This document shows, one piece after another, positions 13,863-25,244 of a DNA stretch of 64,000 nt. Position numbers and translations under genes: made by a program. The stretch comes from Chiloscyllium plagiosum (taxonomy: Eukaryota): assembly GCF_004010195.1 (NCBI RefSeq), contig NC_057749.1:17067750-17131749 (forward strand), read 5' to 3'. The first letter of the stretch is position 1, and each line of letters begins with the position of its first letter. Under the pieces are notes generated by a model. The model had not been told where the DNA came from and did not search any database. It worked only from the letters and a program-made list of their open reading frames with translations.

Positions 13863-14804
13863 GCTTGGAGATGTCCCCAATCCCATATGGGACGTCGAGT
13901 GGAACAGAGCAAGGTTAGAAGGATGAAATGGTAAATAAATCCAGAGACTATACAAGGTGTGAAACACCCTCAGCCTGCTGAAATCCGAAAGAGAAAAGAA
14001 ACGTTCATAGGCAGCTACAAGGATGAGGTCCAAAGATTATCCAGAATCAAATCAATGTTTACCCAAAGACCTTTGCAATATTTCATCAAACATTTCCTGT
14101 CTCCATCTGCAGAATTGACCTTGTGCAAACTGTAAACCTTTTTGTTATTCATTTGTTGGACCCAGTCATTCTCTCACTCACAATGGGCTATGTTCAATCA
14201 GAAATAAACCTCAAACAGGCTCCAGTCACATCTAGTTAGCCATGCTGGAATCACAGCCTGAAATCTACAATCACACTGCCTGAGATTGGGAAAATGACCA
14301 GAGTGGCCATAGCAAGGCTGACCACAGCTCAGCTTCTCATCCACAGGCACCTTCACGAACCCCAGTTCACACAAACTCTCCTGGGCTGAGACTTCATGGA
14401 GCAGCAATCAACCACTGACAGTGATATCCAATCACTCAGGAGCATCAACAGTGACATATGAAGCAGAACCAATCATAGAGACCCATGCATTGGGGGTGTG
14501 GATCAGACAGACCATATTATGGATCAGAAGCTAACCATATTATGAACGTGACTACACACACTTCCTCACAGGACAGGAAACCATTCCCATAGGCTGATGG
14601 ACCCGTTTAATGTACAATCCCAGCCTCATGTGGAGAAGTGATCTTCAGTAACTTTGGTGCAAACTTGATCCCTCTCCTACCCTTCTGGGAAGAACTCAAC
14701 AACAAGAAACCCCACTCAACCCCACACTTGGCCTTCAATCCATCTTCCCATCTCTGTTCATGAATATTATTGCAGTCAATTTAATGCAAACATACAATTT
14801 ACAA

Positions 14805-15945
14805 CAAATGAAGAATGTCCATTTTTATAGTGTCTTTCACACCTCATGGGGTCCTAAAGCAGCTTAAAACAATGAGTAACTTTTTAGAAATGTCGTCACC
14901 ATTCAAATGTAGGAAGCACAGAAGACAATTTCTGCACAGCACAATGCATCAACAGTGTAGATGTGAGATTGTTATTTTCAAACAACACAAAACCTCAGTT
15001 CTGCATTGCATCAGAAACAGTGCTCCCGTGGCACTGATCCTCCAATCCGACAGTGCGACGCTCTCTCAGTGCTGACCCTCTGACAGTGCAGCACTCCCTC
15101 AGCACTGACCCTCCGATAGCACGGCAACTCCCTCAGTGCTGACCCTCCGACAGCGCGACACACCCTCAGTGCTGACCCTCCGACAGCATGGCAACCCCCA
15201 CAGTGCTGACTCTCTGACAGTGCGGCACTCCCTCAGCGCTGACCCTCTGACAGCGCGACACACCCTCAGTGCTGACCCTCCGACAGCGCGGCACTCCCTC
15301 AGCGCTGACCCTCCGATAGCACGGCAGCTCCCTCAGTGCTGACCCTCTGACAGTGCGGCACCCCCTCAGCACTGACCCTCTGACAGCGCGACACTCCCTC
15401 AGCGCTGGCCCTCCGATAGCAAGGCAACCCCCTCAGTGCTGACCCTCTGACAGTGTGGCACCCCCTCAGCACTGACCCTCTGGACAGTGCGGCACTCCCT
15501 CAACGCTGACCCTCTGAGAGTGCAGCACTCCCTCAGCACTGACTCTCTGACAGAGCAGCACTCCTTGAGCACTGACCCTCTGACAGAGCAGCACTCCTTG
15601 AGCACTGACCCTCTGACAGTGTGGCACTCCCTCTGCACTGACCCTCTGACAGTGCGGCACTCCCTCAGTGCTGACCCTCTGACAGTGCAGCACTCCCTCA
15701 GTGCTGACCCTCTGACAGTGCGGCACTCCCTCAGTGCTGATCCTCTGACAGTGCAGCACTTCCTCAGTGCTGACCCTTTGACAGTGCGGCACTCCGAGTG
15801 CCGACCCTCTGACAATGCGGCACTCCCTCAGCGCTGCACTATCGTTAGGAGTGCCAGGCTTCATTTTCTGATCAAGTCTCTGAGGTGTGTCTTGAAATCC
15901 TGACCTTCTGATTTGAAGTGCAAGTTACCCACTGAGCCATAGCAA
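14805..15945 (-). mobile_element. DeuSINE copy with internal 33-bp array
   Basis: Minus-strand tRNA-like head (gctatggctcagtgggtaac...) at ~15890-15943 and SINE tail at ~14810-14970 flank the array. Confidence 0.6.
15045..15840 (-). repeat. 33-bp minisatellite, ~24 units
   Basis: Repeated ctgaccctctgacagtgcggcactccctcagtg, the reverse complement of the 4510-5065 unit. Confidence 0.95.
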
Positions 15946-17309
15946 AAAATTCAAAGGAATCCTTCAGGTGTTTTTCATAGTGGGCTATAAATTAAGGTTA
16001 GACAGAGTTTCCATCCGACAGTCGGAAATAAAGAGGGAAGTTGTTCTGCACAGTGGAGCACCTCTAACACCACCCATTTATGGTCAGAGATTAACTCCTA
16101 ATCATGACATGATCTAACTATTTCTGGTTTCAGAAAAGGGATGAGAAACTAGCAACATCTGAAAGAGATGGGTGGGGCAAACAGCTGCTGGGTGTGGGCA
16201 ATCATCTTGGAAATAGATCCAATAAGGGCATGCCAATTCTGGCTTTTCCATGATGTGGGTACTGAGGAGTGGTCAGAAGCACTGAAGGTAACTGTGACAG
16301 TGAGGGAGAAGGAGGGATAGTGAGTCCAAGTGTGAAATGGGGCGGGTATTTATTGAGAAAGGGTCACAGACCCGAGGTCCAAATTACAAAGAAATCCAGA
16401 GGAAATCCAATACAAATGCAGAAGAAATGTCTTTGCACAGAGAGTGGTGAGATGTGGAACTTGGTCACAAAGTGTGATCAAAGCCAATAGTATTGATGTA
16501 TTTAAGGGGAAGCTGGTCAAGCACAGAAGGAAGAGGCAATAGAAGGTTATGATGGTAAACTTAGGTGGGAAAAATTGGGTGGAGGATTAAGGAAGAGCAG
16601 TCTCGAGTACAGTGTAATCACTGGTGCTGACCGGTCAGACCGAATGCTGCTTCTTTATGGTAAAGCAAAATATAAAAACAGAAGAGAAATGTTGTTTGCT
16701 TCACAAATGTTGTGTCCCAAAGCCAGAGTAGCTGAAGCCTGATCTATAGATCTCATATAGTAAATGAGCCATTAGTTGGTTTCTGATTTTGATATTAAAT
16801 TATCAGCATATTGGGTTGGTTAGAATATCTGCTGATTCTGACATTGAGCAATCTTGTGAAACCAACGCAAAACACATGACGAGAGCAGCACATGAGGAAC
16901 TTGAAACCAAGCTCAGCCACAATGCTCCACAAGTTCCACCCTACCCTACATCTTAAATGACACATGAAGTGAATGACAGTTTTCTTTCAATTTGTTCTGT
17001 GGGTGTTACTGGTAAGGCCAGGTTTTATTGCTCATGCTCAATTGCTCACAACTCTGTAGTTTGCTTTATCGTTTGAGAGCAGGTAAGAGTCACATTACTG
17101 AGGGTCTGGGGTCACATACAGGCTGGATCAGGTATGGATGGCAAATTTCCTTTCAAAATGACATGTGTGAACTATTGTGTTTTATGACCATCTAATATTT
17201 TCATGGTCCCCATTAATAATATTAAGTTTTGATTCCAGATTTGATGAATTGATTGAATTAATATTTCCCATTTTCTATGGTGGGATTTGAACTAGTGTCA
17301 CTGGATCAT

Positions 17310-17925
17310 TCATAGAGTCATATGCAGAGTCATTCAGCACAGGCACAGACCCTTTGGTCCAACCAGTCCATGCCAATCACAATTCCAACCTAAACTAGTC
17401 CCACCTGCCTGTGCTTGGCCCATATCCCTCCAAATATTTCTTATTCATGTACTTATGCAAATACCTTGTAAATGTTGTAATCCACATCCACCACTTCCTC
17501 TGGAAGTTCATTCCACTGTGTAAAAGAAGTTGCCGCTCATGTCCTTGTAAAATTTTGTCTCCTCTCACTTTAAAAATATCCCGCTTAGTCTTGAAGTCTC
17601 CCACCTTAGGGAATAGACACCTGCCATTCATCTTATCTATATCCCGCATTATTTTATAAACCTCTCTAAGGTCAGCCCTCAAACTTCTATGCTCCAGTAA
17701 AACCAGTCCTAGCCTATCCAGTGTCTCCCTATAACTCAAACCCTCCATTCTCAGCAATAACCTGAAGAAGGGCATGTGCCCGAAACGTCGAATCTTCTGT
17801 TCCCTAGATGCTGCCTGACCTGCTGTGCTGTTCCAGCAATAAAGTTTCAGCAATAACCTGGTAAATCCCTTCTGAACCCTCTCCAGTTTAGTAATATCCT
17901 TCCTATAACAGGGTGACCAAAACAC
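17310..17925 (-). mobile_element. CR1 3' fragment interrupted by a PLE mini-insertion
   Basis: ORF gives FWSPCYRKDITKLERVQK and LRADLREVYKIM. Confidence 0.9.
17751..17860 (+). mobile_element. Mini PLE-derived insertion with hammerhead core and 14-bp TSD
   Basis: tcagcaataacctg at 17751-17764 and 17847-17860 flanks CTGAAGA-A-GGGC-atgt-GCCC-GAAA-CG-TC-gaat plus tail. Confidence 0.8.
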
Positions 17926-18564
17926 TTGTGAAACAAAGCCAACTCACCAACTCAGAGAAGTCAAAGACAGCATGAGAGAAAAAAAGAAAAGTGTTTAAAC
18001 TGCCCCAGTGGCTGTATTTTCAGCTCCCTGGACTCCTGAAACCTCACAGTTCTCGGTCCTCCTTTAAAAGATTTTCCTTAAGACTTAATTCATTGACCGA
18101 GTTTTTGATAGTTTGTCCTAATATTTCATTCAGCTCAGGGTCAGAAGTTGATGATAATTATCTTGCAAGAGTGTCTTGGTACATGTTAAAAGATGCTACA
18201 AAATAAATTTGAGTTGTTGTTGTCATTGTGCACTGCCAGCCGCAAGTTCCCCTCCAAGCCACACACCATCCTGACTTTGATCTATAATCGTCACTCCTTC
18301 ACTGAACCTGGAACTCCCTCCCTCACAGCACTGTACTTGTACCTGCATCCAAACGACTGCAGCAATTCAAGAAGGTAACTCACCATAACCCTCGCAAGGG
18401 CATTTAGGATGGGTATAAATATTTCTTTCAGTGCCTGCTCAAAATGAAGTCCTGTCAATTTCAAAGTTTAGACAGATGGAAAATTAAATCTTGCAATGGG
18501 AAGTATATGTGAGTATATGAGTTAGGTGCAGGAAGAGGCCATTCAGCCCCTTGAGCCCACTCCA

Positions 18565-19045
18565 GATGGGAGAGGGTGCAGAAAAAAATTACAAGGATGT
18601 TACTGGGACTGGAGAGTTTGCGTTATAAAGAGAAGCTGGAATAGGCTGGGACTTTTCACTGGAGCATAAGAAGTTCATGGGTGACCTTTACAGAGGTTTA
18701 TAGAATCATGAGGAGGATAGATAAGGTGAATAGCAGAAGTTTCTTCCCTAGGGTTGGGGAGTGAAAAACTAGACGGCATAACTTTAAGGTGAGAGGAGAA
18801 CAATTTAAAAGGCACCTGAGGGGCAACTTTTTCACTCAGAGGGTGATTCATATGTGGAATGAACTGCCAGGGGAAGTGGTAGATGCAACATTTGAAAGAC
18901 ATTTGGATAGATACATAATTAGGAACGGTTTTAGAGGGATATGGGCCAAACGCAGGCAAATGGGACGAGTTTAGTTTGGGAAACTTGGTCGGCATGGATG
19001 TGTTGGACCGAAAGGTCTGATTCCATGTTGGATGACTCTATGATG
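18565..19045 (+). mobile_element. CR1 3' fragment
   Basis: ORF gives RGNFFTQRVIHMWNELPGEVV. Confidence 0.88.
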
Positions 19046-19519
19046 TTAAATCCACACCTCTCACATACTGAGAATGAATTTAAAAAAGATTATTTGCTAT
19101 TGTGTCACCTTTTGCCCACATAACGATGCTCACTATATGTTTAAGTTATTTGGTGATTTGAAGCCTGTATACAACTGGACATTATAAATTATATAAGTGT
19201 AAAAACATCCTTAAATTGTACAAACTCATATCATGTCAGCAAATTAATTTCCATGGAAACAGCTCAAATCCAAAGCAAGAATTTACTTTCAATCTTTTAA
19301 AATCAGCCTCACTGCAAGTGAGTTTCGATAGCTCATGAAGCAGTCTGCTTGACAAAGATAGTCAGGTCTCAATGCTCCTCTCTCTCAGCCTGGTACAGGC
19401 ACGGAATACAGCATAATACAGGGAACAGGAATTCTATCTTAGTCAAGAGGATATCAATACAGATGTTCTCCCTTTCCTAGATATTGATGGGGGTGTAGCA
19501 CAGTATGCAGTGTATCAGC

Positions 19520-19955
19520 AGCAGCTCAGTGAGGGGCACTCTTAATTCAAAGTCATAGAACTGAGGATTCCTGTCCCACTCCAGAAATCTGAGCTCTGAG
19601 CCTGACATGCTGAGTATATAAGAGAGGGAATGCTGCACTGTCAGAGCTGCCATCTTTTGAATGAGACATTAACCCAATGCCTGTTCTGCTGTTTTTGGTC
19701 AGTGTAAAAGACAGCACCATTTTGAAGAAAAGCAGGGAAACATTCCTCAGTGCACTGCTCGATATTTATCTATCAATCAAGATCCCAAGCCAAAAGCGAT
19801 GATCCAGTCTGTGTTATAATATAGTTAGTGGGAGCTTGCTATCGTACTTCCTACATTATAACAATGACAACAACTTAAAAAACACTTGTCTCTTAAGTGC
19901 TGAGGGATGCCTTATGGTCGTGGAAAGTGCTATAGAAATGCAAGTCTTTCTTCCA
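19520..19955 (+). mobile_element. DeuSINE (SacSINE1/AmnSINE1-related), near full length
   Basis: tRNA-like head, Deu-domain-like gctgcactgtcagagctgccatcttttgaatgagacattaa, and tail gaaagtgctatagaaatgcaagtc. Confidence 0.65.
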
Positions 19956-20899
19956 ATGTGTGTGTCACCCAGATGAGTCAGGCAGAGGCTACTCGTTTGC
20001 AGCCAATTGTTTCCTGCATGTATGATACTTGATTCTCTTCAAAAACTGAATCATTTCCTGCCACATTCAGACACATTGCAGCAATGCACTGAAATTACTA
20101 CACAGAAACAGGCCATTTAGCTCAACCAGATTGAGTGAGTGTTTAATCTCCATTGTGAACCAATTGTCTTGATCACACTTATACACTCTTGTTGCCGTAT
20201 TACTCCATCCACCTAAATTCAGTGCCAAGGTCTCTGCCTCAGCCTGCAGCGCAGGAACAAATTCCACAACATCACAACTTCTTCTGCTCTGCCTTGTTCT
20301 AAATCAGTAACCGATATCTGCCTCTACTTCCGGTCCAAAGCACTGTGTCAACTGCCAGAGAAAAACTGATGGCTCAGGAGCCTCAGAGTTTGGTGGTAGC
20401 TACAACTCTTCACCAAATGAGAACTCTGCACAGCTGGCAAAGTTAGTGCGGCTGGAGATCTGAAACAAATTGTCTCCACTTCAGAATTTGAAGCCAAACA
20501 GAGAGACAGGATACACTAATGTTTACCTTGGGTGGGGTAGCAAGGGGTTATCATACTAACACCTGCAGCTTGCATCTTTGACTTATGTAGGTTTAACCCC
20601 ATTCTGCTGCTGCTTTCTGCATTTGTTTGATTATTAGGTGAAGCACTGAGCTGCTAAAAACAATTTTGGTGGATTGTTACATCACTTCACCAATAATTGT
20701 TTATTTTCTGGGCTCCTGTCATCAACAGTGAGCATTTTTTTTGGAGGGGTGTAGAGATGATCTTATAAAATAGTACGGCAGGCTCAAAGGGCTAAATGGC
20801 CTATTCCTGCACCTATTTCTTACCTTCTTAACTGTTGACTCAGCTCCCAAACGGAAGCTGTGCTTTGGGCAGAGGTCGCTGGGTACACTTGTGGCTATC

Positions 20900-21148
20900 A
20901 GAGAATCCCTACAGTGTGGAAGCAGACTATTCAGCCCATTGGGTCCACATTGACCCGCCAAACAGCGTTCTACCAGACCCACCCCCTACCCTATCCCTGT
21001 AGTCCTGCATTTCCCATGGCAGACCCACCTTGTCTGCACATCCATGGACACTAAGGATAATTTAGCACTGCCAATCCACCTAACCTGCACATCTTTGGAT
21101 GGTGGGAGGAAACTGTAGCACCCGGAGGAAACCCACGCAGACATGGTG
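20900..21148 (-). mobile_element. HE1-like shark SINE (partial)
   Basis: ccaatccacctaacctgcacatctttgga...cacccggaggaaacccacgcagac core. Confidence 0.75.
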
Positions 21149-21409
21149 AGGCCCAGTAAGTTGAAGGCAAGGTAGCTTAGTTGCCACTCTCCAATAGTTC
21201 ACTATTTCAATGGTACTCATGATGCCAGGCCCCTAAACGAACAAGGGACACTCAAGTGAAGGGACTAGATATCTGTGGAAGGCAACATCTTTAGGAGAGA
21301 TTAGTATGGATACGCTGGAATGTGAAATCACACGGGGTTGCTGGAATATCTGAAAATCTTTATCCTACTTTCCATCTTTTCACATGTCCTTGCCTGTGCA
21401 GGAGAAATG

Positions 21410-21598
21410 ACTTGAAAAGTGTGGTGCTGGAAAAGCACAGCAGGTCAGGCAGCATCTGAGGAGCAGGAGGATCGACATTTCAGGCATAAGCTCTTCATCA
21501 GGAATGTTGGGGGTGGAGAGAGGGGGGTGAGACAAATAGGAGTGTGAGGTTGGGGCTGGGGGTTGGGGGGAAGGTAGCTGGGAAGGTGATAGGTGCAA
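21410..21598 (-). mobile_element. PLE-derived repeat (family A) with decayed hammerhead
   Basis: Minus strand reads attcCTGATGAagagcttatgcctGAAAtgTCgatc at 21470-21505. Confidence 0.7.
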
Positions 21599-22494
21599 AC
21601 CACAACACCATTAACCCAGTCACTAAAAGGAGAGACAAAAAGAAGTGCAGCTTCTGGAAATTAAAACTAAAAGATTTCTGGATTGGAATTAATTTTTGGA
21701 CCCGAGAAGTACCAACTCTTTTAAACCTGCTCTATCCCATCTTCTCAGCAGATCCCTCAAACCCTCTCCAGAAAAACAGACTGGTTCACTAACCTCCCCT
21801 TGTAACTGATTCACAATTTTCATGGTTGAAGCAGGTGGTTTACACTTCAATCGAAGCGCATCTCTCCCTCTTTTTCTAATGTTATAGGTTTCTATTCCCT
21901 TCGTGTTCATGAAGCTTACATTGCTTCCTCTTAAATATCTACAATAATCACTCAGCCACTCTATGTGGGAGCAAGTTCCACATTCTCTTCACTCTTTAGA
22001 TCAATGTTTCTCCCAAATTCCTTATTGGATTTATTAGTGACAACATTCTGCTTATAATTGTTACTTTTAGTTTTGCTTACAGTGATATTTTCTTTACATG
22101 TATTCTATCAGACACTTGCATAATTTTAAAAATCGTAATTAGACCTCACAAAATGAAATCAGTAGGTTCCACTCATCTCTGAAAGTTTAGCTTCCAACAG
22201 TATAAAAGGGCTCAAGGGATGTTTCCAGAACGTCAAGTTTGAGGTTAGCAATGAAGCAGTGGTACACTGTGTATGTTGGATCTTTCCTGTTCTCAGAAGC
22301 TCTTGTTTTTTGTGAGATACTGTGCTTCTTATCCTGTTGTGAGAAACGTTTCTGCAACAGGATAATTTGGAGTAGCAGCAGTGTCAGTGGCGAGGTTAGA
22401 GAATCTACACCTCATAATCACTCCTCATCTCTTGCTGCTGCCAGACACAGTGACAACGAGAGATATTAAAGATAACGGCGAGAAAGGGACTTAC

Positions 22495-22594
22495 CGCTTT
22501 GCTTCCTCCAGGTGACAAAGGTATTCGTATGCAATGTTCTGCCGTCTCCGCTCATCCATCTCCTCAGCTGTAAGACGTTCATTATCCAAAACAG
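22495..22594 (-). CDS. IQGAP1: IQGAP1 coding exon 2
   Basis: 100-bp exon, ttttacag|CT...AAGCG|gtaagt, encoding (S)VLDNERLTAEEMDERRRQNIAYEYLCHLEEAK(R). Near identical to the vertebrate IQGAP1 N-terminus. Confidence 0.96.
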
Positions 22595-23084
22595 CTGTAA
22601 AACAAATAAACAAAAGTAGAAACAATGGATCCACATATCATGAAAACTCTCCTGTAAAGTGTTTTATTTTCACGATCCCGACTTTCACTTGTCATGATTT
22701 CTGGTCAAGTTTTTCAGTTCCTTTATAAATCTGTGGGGCCTGGGTCTCGGTGGGTCAATGCAGACTCAGTAGGCCGAATAGTCTCTCTCCGCAAAGTAGG
22801 GATTCAGTATGAAATCATTAGGGCAACAATTTTCATTGAATTTTACTATGTCAACTGTCACAGTGTAGTCGCAGGCTTTGGGGCCTAGATAACAAGCTTC
22901 CAGTTTCTCATCATAATACAGGCAATCCCTGGATTGTGAATAGGTTCTGTTCTTGAGTCTTTTTGCTAGTTGATTGGAACACAATAAAGCAGTTGTTCCT
23001 AAATACAGGACATGTTTGTATATTGGACATTTAACATTACACTTTGTGCAGGATTGCCTGTATAAGTACGAGCATTTCCAAGTT

Positions 23085-23425
23085 ATCATAGAATCCCCAC
23101 AGTGTAGAAACAGGTTGCTAGGCCCAACAAGCCCACACTGACCCTCCGAGGACTATCCCACCCAGACACATTCTCCCTAACCTATTACTTTTTTTTAACG
23201 TTTCCCTTGACTAATGCACCTAACCTACACATGCCTGAAAAATTTAGCACGGTCAATTCACCTAACTTGCACATCTTTGGATTGTGGGAGGAAACTGGAG
23301 CACCTGCAGGAAACCCGCACAATTATGGGGAGAATGAACTCCACACAGACAGTCGCCCAAGGCTGGAATTGAACTTAGATTCTTGGTGCTGTGAGGCAGC
23401 AGTGCTAACCACTGAGCCACCGTCC
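23085..23425 (-). mobile_element. HE1-like SINE, near full length
   Basis: Minus-strand head acggtggctcagtggttagcactgctgcctcacag, V-domain-like core and CR1-like tail. Confidence 0.8.
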
Positions 23426-23544
23426 ATTGTTTATATTCCTCAATTTTGTACAAGATTGCTGTTGTCCCTTTCTTTCCACCACCTCTAGCTTCCCTCATAG
23501 ATCTGTTACATGGTACTCTACTTGCTTTGAAAGTCCATGTACAC

Positions 23545-23835
23545 CAACATAGAATCCCTACCATTTGAAAGCAAGCTATTCAGACCATCAAGTTCGCACC
23601 AACCTTCTGAAGAGTATCCGACCCACATCCACCCAGCCCATTCCTATAACCCTACATAGCCAATTCACCTAACCTGTACATGGTTGGACTGTGGCAGGAA
23701 ACTACAGCACCTGGAGGAAACCACACAGATACAGGGAGAACGTGCAAACTCCACACAGACAGTTGCTGGAGGGTGGAATGGAATCTGGGTCCTTGACACT
23801 GCGAGGCAGTAGTGCTAACCACTGAGCTACCGTGT
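23545..23835 (-). mobile_element. HE1-like SINE
   Basis: Second copy with the same head and core. Confidence 0.8.
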
Positions 23836-24284
23836 GTAAACAGATGCTGAAAATCTGAAATAAACACAGAGTGCTGGAGAAACTCAGCAGAACTGGCAGC
23901 ATCTGTAGAGGCAAACACAGAGTTAGTGTTGAGTCCAATGACCCTTTGTCAAAACTGGTAAGTCTCTTAACTCTGTTGTCACTTTGTATGTTTTTCAAAA
24001 ACTTTCTCCAGTGATTGAACAATGGCAGGAACAGTTTACTGGTATAATAGAAAAGGCAATGTGGTCCAAATTGGCCTGTGAAGGTCTCCCCATCTTGTTT
24101 CAGACCCACCAGAAAGTACTAGAAAGTTCCCACTGCCTTTTTAAAAGTAGCTCACTGTAAGCCTGGTGAAAACAAATACATACTGTGACAATTTAGTTCC
24201 TTTCACGTATAATATTAGCATGAATGCAGTTTTTCTACTCTACATGAAGGGCAGTAAATCCAAAAAGCAAAGGAAACACATAAT

Positions 24285-25244
24285 AAAACAGGAGATTAGC
24301 GAGTTTTGAGAAGAGTTGTAGCTCAGGTTGAGGTTCTGGATGTAGGTTTGCTCGCTGAGCTGGAAGCTTTGTTTTCTGACATTTCGTCACTATACTAGGT
24401 AACATCTTCGGTAAGCCTCTGAATGATGGTGTAGCTCGCTTTCTATTTATATGTTTAAATTTCCTAGGGTTGGCAATACCATGTCCTGTGGTGACATCAT
24501 TTCCTATGGTGATGTCATTTCCTGTTCTTTTTCTCAGGAGGTGGTAAATGTGATCCAAGTCAATGTGTTTGTTGATAGAGTTCTGGTTGGAATGCCATGC
24601 TTCTAGGAATTCTCCTACATGTTTGGCTTGTCCCAGGGTGGATGTGTTGTCCCAGTCGAAGTGGTGTCCTACCACCAACACATCAACAGCAGCTAATGAA
24701 TTTGAAACAGCTTATACAGATAACAAGCAAAACTAATGTAATTTACAAAATACTTTGCAAGAACTGTAACAAACACTACATTGGACAAACAGGCAGAAAA
24801 TCAGCCACCAAGATAATTGAACATCAACTAGCCACAAAAAGACATGACCCACTCTCACTAGTATCCTCACATACGGATTTGGAAGGACATCATTTTGACT
24901 GGGACAACACATCCATCCTAGGACAAGCCAAACAGAGATACTCACAACAATTCCTAGAAACATGACATTCCAGATGGAACTCTATCAACAAACACATTGA
25001 CTTGGATCACATTTACCATCCTCTGAGAAAAAGAACGAGAAATGACATCACCATAGGAAATGATGTCGCCACAGGAAATGACATCACCAACCATAGGAGA
25101 CTTAAACATATAAATAGAAAGTGGGATACAGCACCAGTGCTTCATTCGGAGGCTCACTGAAGACGTTACCTAGTAGGATGACAAAACATCTGAAAAACAA
25201 ACCTTCTAGCTCAGCGAGCAAATCCACATCCAAAATAGGAGATT
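24285..25244. mobile_element. Penelope-like element (family B), GIY-YIG fragment with inverted 3' duplication and 13-bp TSD
   Basis: Plus arm encodes NVIYKILCKNCNKHYIGQTGRK (GIY-YIG) and HHFDWDNTSILGQAK. 24298-24670 is a minus-strand copy of the 3' end. TSD aaaa(c/t)aggagatt at 24285-24297 and 25232-25244. Confidence 0.85.
25154..25193 (+). ncRNA. Decayed minimal hammerhead ribozyme motif (PLE family B)
   Basis: tca-CTGAAGA-c-GTTACC-tagtag-GATGAC-aAAA-ca-TC-tga, with CpG-type changes relative to the 33205-33244 copy. Confidence 0.55.

Noticed and set aside
20195-20220. Possible IQGAP1 exon 3 start (ag|GTGGATGGAG)
   Set aside because: Followed immediately by TAA and lies in a decayed LINE; no WMEACL..ELEEGLRNG match was found in the window.
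23370-23425. tRNA genes at tRNA-like heads (also ~15900, 25720, 41600, 54960)
   Set aside because: These are SINE heads continuing into SINE bodies; no complete cloverleaf is seen.
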